A stretch of DNA of 64,000 bases, taken from assembly GCA_040766655.1 (NCBI GenBank), contig JAXGQB010000013.1, positions 31-64,030 on the forward strand, given 5' to 3'. The position numbers and the translations under genes are program-made. The stretch comes from Anaerolineae bacterium (GTDB lineage: Bacteria; Chloroflexota; Anaerolineae; CG2-30-64-16). This document shows positions 26,072 through 33,662 of the stretch, in pieces (the first letter of the stretch is position 1; every line of letters starts with the position of its first letter). Under the pieces are notes generated by a model, which saw only the letters and a list, made by a program, of their open reading frames with translations, was not told where the DNA came from and made no database searches.

Positions 26072-26652
26072 TTGAAAATGGAAGATGGAAGATGGAAGAT
26101 AGAAGATGGAAGGTGCTGATCCTGGTCGTGGCGCTTGCGGGGGCGGGGTGGATCGCCGTCAACCGGGTGCCGGGGCCGGATGTGGCAGGGGCGAGTGCGG
26201 AGGGCCGGCTTACAGGCCAGCCCCTACCGGCTGCGCCGGCGGTGGGGCATCCCGCGCCTGAAATTCAGCTGGTCGACACGGCGGGGGAGCGGTTCGAGCT
26301 CTCCGCGCTGCGCGGGACGCCGGTGGTGCTCAATTTCTGGGCCACGTGGTGCCCGCCGTGCCGCGCGGAGATGCCGGAGCTGGAGGCCGCGCACGTGAGC
26401 CTGGCGGACCAGGTGGCGGTGGTGGGGGTGAACCAGGGGGAGTCGCAGGCCGAGGTGGCCGCGTTCGCCCAGGGCATCGGCGTCTCCTTCCCGCTGCCGC
26501 TGGACGAGCGCATGGACGCCAGCCGGACCTATGCGGTGCGCAGCCTGCCCACCACATTCTTCATCGACCGGTCGGGGATCATTCGCCGGATCCAGGTGGG
26601 TCCGCTGACCGAGGCGACGCTGGCGCAGAGCCTGCGCGCGATCTATCCCTGA
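26068..26652 (+). CDS. TlpA/ResA-family thiol-disulfide oxidoreductase (membrane-anchored thioredoxin fold)
   Basis: VVLNFWATWCPPCRAEMPELE contains the CxxC motif, and there is one N-terminal TM (WKVLILVVALAGAGWIAV). All candidate start codons (GTG 26068, ATG 26078, 26085, 26092) lie inside a heptamer array. Confidence 0.8.
   Translation: MIENGRWKMEDRRWKVLILVVALAGAGWIAVNRVPGPDVAGASAEGRLTGQPLPAAPAVGHPAPEIQLVDTAGERFELSALRGTPVVLNFWATWCPPCRAEMPELEAAHVSLADQVAVVGVNQGESQAEVAAFAQGIGVSFPLPLDERMDASRTYAVRSLPTTFFIDRSGIIRRIQVGPLTEATLAQSLRAIYP
26070..26112. repeat. GATGGAA/GATTGAA heptamer array spanning the priA stop and tlpA-like start
   Basis: gattgaaaatggaagatggaagatggaagatagaagatggaagg. Confidence 0.9.
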
Positions 26653-26664
26653 GAGGCGGACGGC

Positions 26665-27456
26665 ATGCTTCCTGTGCTTCAGATCGGGCCTTTGGCCATC
26701 CAGACGTATCCGCTCCTGGTGGTGCTGGCGGGGTGGGCGGCCCTGGCAGTGGGGGCGCGCGCGGCCCGGCTCCTCCAGTTCGATGGGGATCACGTCTACA
26801 ACGCGGGGCTGTACGGGTTTGTGGGCGGGGTGATTGCGGCGCGGCTGGCCCACGTGGTCCGTTTCTGGCCCGCGTACCGGTCCCAGCCGCTCGAGATCTT
26901 CGGGTTCAATACGACGGCGTTCCTGCTGTGGCCGGGGGTGGTGGCGGCGGTGGCGGTGGCGGGTTGGTACATCTATCGCCGGCGGCTGCCGCTGCGCCCG
27001 ATGCTGGATGCGTTTGCGCCGGGCCTGCTGGTGGGGCTGGCCATCGCGGCGATGGGCGCGCTGCTGGCGGGGCGGAATGCGGGCGCGGCGACGGACCTAC
27101 CCTGGGCCATCGATCTGTGGGGCGTGCGCCGCCATCCGGTGCAGGCCTACGAGGCGCTGGGGTTCCTCGGGGTGGCCGCGGTGTCGTGCGCCGCCTTGCG
27201 GGCGGGCGCACGATTGAAGATTGCAGATGGAAAATCGAAGATGGGTGTGCGGCCGGGCGCGCTGGCGCTGACCGCGCTGCTGGGCTGGGGGTTGGTGGTG
27301 TGGTTTGTGGAGGCGTTTCGCACACCGGAAGTCGCGCCAACCTTCGGCTGGCCTGCGCTGTTGGGCGGGGTGCGGGTGTGGCAGGTGGTGGGGCTGGGTG
27401 CGGCGTTGGTCGCGATGGGTGCCCTGCGGGCGCGGGCGCGACCGATGGAAGATTGA
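26665..27456 (+). CDS. lgt: Prolipoprotein diacylglyceryl transferase
   Basis: Polytopic membrane protein whose N-terminus QIGPLAIQTYPLLVVLAGWAA...GGVIAARLAHV is typical of Lgt. It carries a short in-frame heptamer insertion and its stop lies within an array. Confidence 0.75.
   Translation: MLPVLQIGPLAIQTYPLLVVLAGWAALAVGARAARLLQFDGDHVYNAGLYGFVGGVIAARLAHVVRFWPAYRSQPLEIFGFNTTAFLLWPGVVAAVAVAGWYIYRRRLPLRPMLDAFAPGLLVGLAIAAMGALLAGRNAGAATDLPWAIDLWGVRRHPVQAYEALGFLGVAAVSCAALRAGARLKIADGKSKMGVRPGALALTALLGWGLVVWFVEAFRTPEVAPTFGWPALLGGVRVWQVVGLGAALVAMGALRARARPMED
27212..27245. repeat. GATTGAA-type heptamers inserted in frame in lgt
   Basis: gattgaagattgcagatggaaaatcgaagatggg, translated as RLKIADGKSKMG. 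Confidence 0.8.
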
Positions 27457-27531
27457 AGATGGAAGATTCCACGTTGTAGGTTGCAGGTTGCAGGTTGAAG
27501 GTTGTAGAGACGTAGCATGCTACGTCTCTAC
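27444..27531. repeat. Composite element: GATGGAA/GGTTGCA arrays plus the AGAGACGTAGC-ATGC-TACGTCTCT hairpin (intergenic, between convergent genes)
   Basis: gatggaagattgaagatggaagattcc...gtaggttgcaggttgcaggttgaaggttgtagagacgtagcatgctacgtctctac. Confidence 0.95.
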
Positions 27532-27545
27532 GTATTATGTACGTA

Positions 27546-29084
27546 TTATGGGGGCGGGCGGTAGTCGGCGGGGGTGTCGATGTCTTTGAGCACGTCGTCA
27601 GTGGGCCAGTCGACGTAGGCGACGCGGTGTTGGTGCTGGCGGATTATGGCGCGGGCGCCGGTGTCGCCGGTGAGTGCGGCGATGGCGGCGAAGGTGGTGC
27701 GGTCGAAGAGGACGGGGTTGCCCCGCTGGCCGGCATGCCTGGGCGCGACGACGGGCGCGAGGGTCTCGCGGTGGCGCTGGATGAGGGCGGTGAGGAGCTC
27801 GGGGGTGACCCCGGGCTGGTCGGCGAGGAGGAAAACGGCTGCTCCGGCGGGACCTGGGTCGGTCCCTACCGGCGGCGCCGGCGTGGGGGGCGCGCTGTGA
27901 CCTGGCCCTGCGGTGACGGCGGCGAGGCCGGCGCGCACGCTGCGACTCTGCCCCGCTGACCAGTCGGGCACGGCGACGATCTGCAGCCGGGGGTCGCCGG
28001 AGAGCACCCCCAGGGCGTCCCGAACTGCTGCCTCCTGCGCGCCGACGGTGACGGCGACCCGGTCGATGTCGGGGCAGGCCAGCGCCTGCCGGACGACGTG
28101 GGCGACCAGGGGCAGGCCTTCCCAGGGGAGCAGTTGCTTGAGAGAACCGTATCGCCGCGCCTCGCCGGCGGCCAGGACGACGGCATGGACGCGGCCCCAG
28201 ACCTCGTGGATGGGGTCGTCGGTCTGCGCCGCGCCGATGAGGACGGCAGACACGCGTGGGTGCTGGAGGAGGAGACGCGCGGTTTCGCGCGCGGCGGCCG
28301 GCGCCCGGGATTGAAGATTGAAGATGGGGCCAACTTCGTTGGCCCAAGATTGAAGATTTCGGTCCCCGGCATCTAGAATCCTGTCCCCAGTATCCGGTTC
28401 CCGTTCCGCAGTCCCCGATCCCCGTTCCCCGATCCCCGCTCCCACGTCGCTCTTGTTGATGAAGGGGACGAGGCGCGCGGCAGCCGTGCCTTTGGCGCCG
28501 CCGAGGGGGTGGGCAAGGACGGCGGCCACCATGGCGGGGGTAACGGGGTCGCCCAGGGATGCACCGGTCAGCGCGGCGACTCGCTCGGGGCGGTGGACGA
28601 ACTCGGCGGTCAGGGGGTGGCCGATGACGTCCAGCCCGACGATGGGCACGACGACGCTGGTGGCGGCGGGGATGACGGGCTCGTGAGCCGCCGGGGCCTT
28701 GAACGGCAGGCATCGGGCGCCGTCCGCCTCGATCACGATGACGTCGACCGAGGGGTGGGCGGCGATGCGGTCGATGAGTGCGCACCCGAGCCCCTGGACC
28801 TTCTCCTGCTCCACGATCGTGCCGCCCGCCAACAGCACGTGGCCGTGCTCGGCCAGGAGGCCGGGCAGCTGCGACAGGAGTGCACCCTCGCCCTGCAGCA
28901 CGAGCCGGGCCGGTGCGCGGGACATTTGCTCGACGAAGATCTTGGTGGTCATCGTGGTGACCACTTTGAGGCCATCCACCACGAGCTCATCGGCCAGCCG
29001 GAACATGAGCGTGGTCTTCCCGCCGCCGCCCACGAGGGCTACGACGTCGCCGGGGTGAATGCGGAGTGCGGTTCTGATCAACAT
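27546..29084 (-). CDS. Fusion protein: YqeC-type selenium-dependent hydroxylase accessory domain plus MocA/YgfJ-type molybdenum-cofactor cytidylyltransferase domain
   Basis: The N-terminal half has GDVVALVGGGGKTTLMFRLA...FINKSD (YqeC-like P-loop). The C-terminal half has VHAVVLAAGEARRYGSLKQLLPWEG...LLADQPGVTPE (MobA-like NTP transferase). Confidence 0.75.
   Translation of the reverse strand: MLIRTALRIHPGDVVALVGGGGKTTLMFRLADELVVDGLKVVTTMTTKIFVEQMSRAPARLVLQGEGALLSQLPGLLAEHGHVLLAGGTIVEQEKVQGLGCALIDRIAAHPSVDVIVIEADGARCLPFKAPAAHEPVIPAATSVVVPIVGLDVIGHPLTAEFVHRPERVAALTGASLGDPVTPAMVAAVLAHPLGGAKGTAAARLVPFINKSDVGAGIGERGSGTAEREPDTGDRILDAGDRNLQSWANEVGPIFNLQSRAPAAARETARLLLQHPRVSAVLIGAAQTDDPIHEVWGRVHAVVLAAGEARRYGSLKQLLPWEGLPLVAHVVRQALACPDIDRVAVTVGAQEAAVRDALGVLSGDPRLQIVAVPDWSAGQSRSVRAGLAAVTAGPGHSAPPTPAPPVGTDPGPAGAAVFLLADQPGVTPELLTALIQRHRETLAPVVAPRHAGQRGNPVLFDRTTFAAIAALTGDTGARAIIRQHQHRVAYVDWPTDDVLKDIDTPADYRPPP
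28308..28444. repeat. Composite element (GATTGAA array, GGGCCAAC-TTCG-TTGGCCC hairpin, CCCCGAT/CCAGTAT array) in frame inside the YqeC domain
   Basis: ggattgaagattgaagatggggccaacttcgttggcccaagattgaagatttcggtccccggcatctagaatcctgtccccagtatccggttcccgttccgcagtccccgatccccgttccccgatccccgctccc. Confidence 0.95.
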
Positions 29085-29103
29085 GGGCGGGACCTTCTTC
29101 CTC

Positions 29104-30756
29104 CTATGCCAGCCATCGCAGCCCCTTGGGATAGTGGCTCTTCAGGCGGCCGGCGACGCGCTTGGCCCAGCCGATGCCGAATTCATCGACGGTGACCAGG
29201 GTCCAGCCATCCTCGCCGGGATGGTCGACCGTCTCGCCGCGCAGGTAGCTTACCAGGCGCGGGTCATTGGGTGCAAAGTTGGCCGCGCGGCGGATGGGGG
29301 CGGCGATTGACGGTTGCAGGTTGAAGGTTGAAGGTTGCGCGTCGGGCTCGTGGGGCGCGGGCGCGGCGCTGCGTAGCGCGAGGGCGAGCGCGTGGCTCGG
29401 CTCGAAGCGGCCGCGCTTGGCCTCGCCCAACCACCAGCCCGGGTGCAGAAATCTGAGGCCTGTCAGGTCGGGCAGGCCGGGGGGGAGCGCGTACACGTAC
29501 GAGCCCACCAGGGCCAGGGAAGCGCTCTGCGGGACGATTGGAGATTGAAGATTGTCCTTCGGCTGCGCCGCGGCTCCGCCGCCGCTCCGTTCAGGATGCT
29601 CAAGGTGCGGCTGACCGAAGGTCAGCTGGGTGCGGAGGAAGGCGGTGAACTGGTCGCGGACGGCGCGCGGCGGCGATTGAAGGTTGGGCCAGCTTGGCTG
29701 GCCCAAGGTTGCAGTTTGAAAGTTGCGCGTCGGGCCGGCGGCGCGTGGGGCGGGCGCGGCGGCGTCTCTGGCGGAGCGGTCTCTTTGTAAGAGAGCGGCG
29801 AAGTGGCCTTCGCCCGGGCCGGTGTGGGGCCACAGGCGGACGCAGTTGACCAGGTCGGGACGCTGCAGGTCGTCGGGCAGCCAGTCGGGGCGGCCGGGGG
29901 TGAAGATTGAAGATTGGGATGCGGGCGGGGGAACGAGGCTGAAGTCGGGGTGCTGCTGCAGGAAGCGCGCGACGGTCCCCTCGTTCTCCTCGGGCGCGAA
30001 GGTGCAGGTGCTGTAGACGAGGCGGCCGCCGGGGCGCACGAGCCGGGCCGCGTGCTCCAGGATGCCGTCCTGCCGCGCGGCGCAGCCGGCAACGAGCGCG
30101 GGCGACCACGCGCGGCGCGCGGCCTCGCTGCGGCGGAACATGCCTTCCCCGGAGCAGGGTGCATCGACCAGCACGGCGTCGAAGACCCCGGGCCAGCGCG
30201 CGGCCAGGCGCTCGGGCGTCTCGGTGGTGATGGCTACGTTGGTGGCTCCCCAGCGCTCGAGGTTGCCGGCGAGCTCCCAGGCGCGCTTGTGCACGACTTC
30301 GTTGGCGATGAGCAGGCCTGCGCCCTGCATGCGGGCGGCGATGTGGGTGGCCTTGCCCCCGGGCGCGGCGGACAGGTCGAGGATGGTCTCGCCGGGCTGC
30401 GGCTGGAGCAGCTCGACGGGCGCGAGGGAGGCGGGGTCCTGCAGGTAGTAGAGGCCGGCCGCGTGGTAGGGGTGCTGGCCGGGGCGGGAATCGCCGGCCA
30501 GGAGGTATGCTTCGCCGGACCAGGGAATCGGCGCGAGGTCGAAGGGGAGCCGGGGCAGCAGGCCGGCGGGGGTGGCCTTGAGGGTGTTGACGCGCAGGGC
30601 GGTGGCGGGCGGCTGGTCGCAGGTGGCGAGGAACGCGGGATAGCCGGCGCGGAGGAGGGACTCCATGCGCGCGAGGTAGGCGGGGGGGAGGGGGATGGAA
30701 GATTGAAGATTGGGCCAACTTCGTTGGCCCAAGATGGAAGATCCGACTGCGCTCAC
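29104..30756 (-). CDS. RsmB/RsmF-family rRNA (cytosine-C5) methyltransferase with C-terminal PUA-like extension
   Basis: LRVNTLK, YYLQDPASLAPVELL, LDLSAAPGGKATH, DAVLVDAPCSGEGMFRR and VYSTCTF motifs. It is interrupted in frame by five repeat blocks. Confidence 0.8.
   Translation of the reverse strand: MSAVGSSILGQRSWPNLQSSIPLPPAYLARMESLLRAGYPAFLATCDQPPATALRVNTLKATPAGLLPRLPFDLAPIPWSGEAYLLAGDSRPGQHPYHAAGLYYLQDPASLAPVELLQPQPGETILDLSAAPGGKATHIAARMQGAGLLIANEVVHKRAWELAGNLERWGATNVAITTETPERLAARWPGVFDAVLVDAPCSGEGMFRRSEAARRAWSPALVAGCAARQDGILEHAARLVRPGGRLVYSTCTFAPEENEGTVARFLQQHPDFSLVPPPASQSSIFTPGRPDWLPDDLQRPDLVNCVRLWPHTGPGEGHFAALLQRDRSARDAAAPAPRAAGPTRNFQTATLGQPSWPNLQSPPRAVRDQFTAFLRTQLTFGQPHLEHPERSGGGAAAQPKDNLQSPIVPQSASLALVGSYVYALPPGLPDLTGLRFLHPGWWLGEAKRGRFEPSHALALALRSAAPAPHEPDAQPSTFNLQPSIAAPIRRAANFAPNDPRLVSYLRGETVDHPGEDGWTLVTVDEFGIGWAKRVAGRLKSHYPKGLRWLA
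29305..30742. repeat. Five separate repeat blocks inside the rsmF-like gene
   Basis: Blocks lie at 29305-29338, 29536-29600, 29675-29727, 29900-29920 and 30694-30742. Examples: gattgacggttgcaggttgaaggttgaaggttgcg; gattggagattgaagattgtccttcggctgcgcc...gctccgttcaggatgc; gattgaaggttgggccagcttggctggcccaaggttgcagtttgaaagttg; gaagattgaagattggg; gatggaagattgaagattgggccaacttcgttggcccaagatggaagat. Confidence 0.9.
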
Positions 30757-30855
30757 TGCGTTGTGCCAACCTTCGGTTGGCCCTCCGTTCGGGTTGCCTG
30801 TCGGGCCAACTTGCGGGCCGGCGGGCCGGATTGGCCCAGGGTTTGGGTTTCTTCA

Positions 30856-30886
30856 GGTGCCCGGCACTTTCGAAGTGCCGGGCACC
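30856..30886. repeat. GTGCCCGGCACTT palindrome (family H3)
   Basis: ggtgcccggcacttTCGAaagtgccgggcacc is a perfect hairpin. Confidence 0.9.
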
Positions 30887-30893
30887 TAAGTAC

Positions 30894-30918
30894 AAAAAGC
30901 CTGCGCACGGGGCGCAGG
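30894..30918 (-). terminator. Rho-independent terminator after ggt
   Basis: The minus strand reads stop-ccctgcgc-cccgt-gcgcagg-cttttt. Confidence 0.65.
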
Positions 30919-30919
30919 G

Positions 30920-32770
30920 CTACAGCGGCATGGCGCAGCCGTCGGCGCGGGGGTCGCTGCCGCCGGTCAGGACGCCGGTGGCGGGGTCGCGCAGGATGAT
31001 CTGGCCCCGGCCGAACAGGGCACGCGCGTGGCCGGTCACGAGGTGGACGGGGTGACCCATGGCCGCGAGCGCGGCGAGTGTGTCGGGGGACATGCCCTCC
31101 TCCAGTGCGACGTCGCCCGCTATGCCCGCGGGGGTGGCGGCGCCGGGGTCGGTGATGCAGAAGCGGGGCCGGTCGAGCGCGGCCTGTGGGTCGGCGCGGT
31201 CGTCGATGAGCGCGCAGGCCACCTGCATATGGCCCTGGGGCTGCATGAAGCCGCCCATGACGCCGAAGCAGGCGTAGAGGCTGCCGGCGTGCCCCGCACC
31301 GGCGGGGCCTGGGTCGGCCCCTACGGACGGGCCCAGGTCGAGCGTGGCGAGGGCGGGGATGATGGTGTGATAGGGTCGTTTGCGCGGCGCGAGCGCGTTG
31401 GGGTGCGGGAGGTCGGCGGGGCCTGGGCCGACGAGGCCCGGGCCGACACGCAGGTCGGCCCCTACGGCGCCGGCGGGCGGGGGGGCGGCGGCCGCGCCGG
31501 CGACCGGCGCGGCCAGGACGAAGTTGTGGCCGCGGTTCTGCAGGGTGAAGCCGCGGCCTCTCGGGACGGATCCCGCGGCATTGTCCCGCAGGCCTGACGC
31601 CTGGGGGACGATCCCGGTGCCGAAGCCAGCGTAGTTGCTGTTGATGAAGGAGCACGCGTTGCCCTCGCCATCGACCACCGAGAGGTAGACAGTATCGGAG
31701 CCACTGGTTGGGCTGCCGCGTTGCGGGTCGACCGCCGCGCGGCGCGGGTCGATGAGCTTGCGGCGGTCGTGTGCGTACGATTTCGACAGCAGGTTGTCCA
31801 GGGGCGCGGGGCTGAAGCGGGGATCTGCGACGTACCAGCGCGCGTCGGCGAACGCGAGCCGCATGGACTCGATCTGCAGGTGGAGGCGCTCCGGCGACAG
31901 GGGGGCGAGATGCGCCAGGTCGAACCCCTCCAGCAGGTTGAGGGCGAGGAGTGCGGCGAGCCCCTGGCCGTTGGGGGGGCACTCCCAGAAGCGGATGCCG
32001 CGGTAGACGGTGCTGATGGGCTCGTCCCAGGTGCTGGTGTGCGCGGCGAGGTCGGCCTCGGTGAGGACGCCGCCGGACTGCTGGACGGCGCGGGCGATGT
32101 CGGCCGCGATCTCGCCCTCGTAGAAGGCGGCCTTGCCCCCCTCAGCGACGAGCTGCAGGGTGTGGGCGAGGCCGGGGTTGCGGAAGATCTCGCCGGGCCG
32201 GGGCGCGCGGCCGTCGATGGTGAGGTCGAGGCCGCCCAGGGCGTGGCGGAGCTGGCGCTCGACGCCCAGCGCCCAGAAGTGGGCGGTGAGGGGCGCGACG
32301 GGAAAGCCGTCCGCGGCGAGGCGGATGGCGGGCGCGAGGACCTGGGGCAGGGCGAGCCGGCCGTGCCGGGCGACCAGGTCGCACCAGCCGGCGCATGCGC
32401 CGGGGACGGTGACGGTGTGGGCGTGGAAGGGGGGCAACGCGGCGCCGGTGGCGCCGGTGCCAAACCCCTGCCGGCGGAGCAGGTCGAGGGTGAGGGCGGC
32501 GGGCGCGCGGCCGGAGCCGTTGAGCGCGGTGACGCGGCCGGTGGCGGCCTCGTAGTAGAGGGCGAAGCAGTCGCCGCCGATGCCGGTGGAGGTGGGCTCG
32601 GTGACGTTGAGCGCGGCCGCGGTGGCCACGGCCGCGTCCGCGGCGTTGCCGCCCGCCGCGAGGATCTCGAGGCCGGCGGCGACCGCGAGGGGCTGCGAGG
32701 TGGCGACCATGCCGCGGCGGCCGTGGACGGGCGAGCGGCGGGAGGCGAAGGTCGGGTCTGACATGCTCAT
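30920..32770 (-). CDS. ggt: Gamma-glutamyltransferase family protein (cytoplasmic type, no signal peptide)
   Basis: The start MSMSDPTFASRRSPVHGRRGMVATSQPLA is at 32770. GIGGDCF, the nucleophile context SGSDTVYLSVVD, HPNALAPRKRPYHT and MGGFMQPQGH motifs are present. The upstream 192 codons of track ORF 30920..33346 are repeat sequence and overlap the nitroreductase gene. Confidence 0.85.
   Translation of the reverse strand: MSMSDPTFASRRSPVHGRRGMVATSQPLAVAAGLEILAAGGNAADAAVATAAALNVTEPTSTGIGGDCFALYYEAATGRVTALNGSGRAPAALTLDLLRRQGFGTGATGAALPPFHAHTVTVPGACAGWCDLVARHGRLALPQVLAPAIRLAADGFPVAPLTAHFWALGVERQLRHALGGLDLTIDGRAPRPGEIFRNPGLAHTLQLVAEGGKAAFYEGEIAADIARAVQQSGGVLTEADLAAHTSTWDEPISTVYRGIRFWECPPNGQGLAALLALNLLEGFDLAHLAPLSPERLHLQIESMRLAFADARWYVADPRFSPAPLDNLLSKSYAHDRRKLIDPRRAAVDPQRGSPTSGSDTVYLSVVDGEGNACSFINSNYAGFGTGIVPQASGLRDNAAGSVPRGRGFTLQNRGHNFVLAAPVAGAAAAPPPAGAVGADLRVGPGLVGPGPADLPHPNALAPRKRPYHTIIPALATLDLGPSVGADPGPAGAGHAGSLYACFGVMGGFMQPQGHMQVACALIDDRADPQAALDRPRFCITDPGAATPAGIAGDVALEEGMSPDTLAALAAMGHPVHLVTGHARALFGRGQIILRDPATGVLTGGSDPRADGCAMPL
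31305..31500. repeat. GTAGGGGCCGAC-type GC-rich hairpin repeats, two in-frame blocks in ggt
   Basis: Blocks lie at 31305-31340 and about 31408-31500. Sequences are gggcctgggtcggcccctacggacgggcccaggtcg and ggcctgggccgacgaggcccgggccgacacgcaggtcggcccctacgg. Translated on the gene strand as VGADLRVGPGLVGPGPADL and DLGPSVGADPGPAG. Confidence 0.85.
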
Positions 32771-32904
32771 GGCTCCGGGCCGCCCGGTGGGGCCGACCCA
32801 ATGGCGGCGGGTGTTTGCCGCAGAGGTCACAGAGGGCGCAGAGTGCTGGTCTGAGGCTGCGATGCCTCGACGGTCTCCGGGCGCTCTGTGCGATCTGCGG
32901 CGAG

Positions 32905-32993
32905 GGCGAGGAGACCTCGCCCCTACGCCAGGGCGAGGAGACCTCGCCCCTACACCTCGGCGAGGAGACCTCGCCCCTACATCTCGGCGAGGA
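32905..32993. repeat. Three and a half tandem 27-bp units, each a GGCGAGG-AGA-CCTCGCC hairpin followed by CCTAC
   Basis: Units start at 32905, 32932 and 32959. The last partial unit supplies the final codons and stop of the nitroreductase gene. Confidence 0.9.
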
Positions 32994-33558
32994 TCAGGTC
33001 GTCCAGCGCGCGCTTGGGCACGTGGTGGACGCGGTCCGCGTCGCGCCAGTACTTGATATCGCCGTCGGGGCCGACGGGATCGACGACGACGGTCTCCCTG
33101 GGCCGGCCCAGCGCGAGGACGGCGAGGATCTCGTAGCGATCCTCGATGGCGAGGACTTCGCGCAGCCGGCCGCGCTGGATGGAGCCGAGGATGCAGCCGC
33201 CGAGTCCGCGCTCGACCGCGCCGAGCAGGATGTTCTGCATGGCCAGGCCCTGGTCGATGCCGACGTAGGTCGGGACGGCGCCGGCCGTGTCGGACAGGAC
33301 GACGATGTAGGCTGCGGGCCGCTCGCCCTCCGCGGGGCCGGGCCACTCCTTGAGGTAACCGGCCCAGGCGAGGGTGGCAAAGATGGCGGCGTTGGTGTGA
33401 CGATCCGTGCAGAGGATGTAGCGCAGGGGCTGCAGGTTGCGTGCCGATGCGGCGAGGCGGGCGAGGGCGACGAGCTCGCGCAGGGTGGCGAGGTCGACCG
33501 GCTCCTCTTCGAAGAAACGGCGGTAGCTGCGGTTGTTCAGTGCCAGGCGGTCGAGCAT
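32977..33558 (-). CDS. Nitroreductase family protein
   Basis: NRRSYRRF, LARLAASARNLQP and a YIVVL...GIDQGLAMQNILLGA pattern typical of the NADH-oxidase/nitroreductase fold. Confidence 0.8.
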   Translation of the reverse strand: MLDRLALNNRSYRRFFEEEPVDLATLRELVALARLAASARNLQPLRYILCTDRHTNAAIFATLAWAGYLKEWPGPAEGERPAAYIVVLSDTAGAVPTYVGIDQGLAMQNILLGAVERGLGGCILGSIQRGRLREVLAIEDRYEILAVLALGRPRETVVVDPVGPDGDIKYWRDADRVHHVPKRALDDLILAEM

Positions 33559-33662
33559 GGGTGTCCTCCGGGATGGCGACGGACGGCGGCCGGCCGGTCG
33601 GGGCCCACGGGCAGCGGCGAGGCCGTGGGCCCGGCGGCGGATGCCGAGGGTGCGGGCGTATC

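Noticed and set aside
27529-27550. Tandem 11-bp duplication TACGTATTATG next to the AGAGACGTAGC hairpin, as a target-site duplication.
   Set aside because: The two copies are directly adjacent, with nothing inserted between them, and they overlap the hairpin arm. Slippage is a simpler explanation, so this is not counted as a TSD.
32771-33346. N-terminal 192-codon extension of the ggt ORF. Analogous extensions occur at 36159-36746 (XDH Mo subunit), 23165-23290 (priA), 4876-5157 (ecfA), 37658-37777, 58355-58474, 43450-43500 and 746-940.
   Set aside because: These extensions read through repeats or a riboswitch, or overlap the upstream gene. An internal start with an RBS, or a stop/start overlap, reproduces the family-typical N-terminus.
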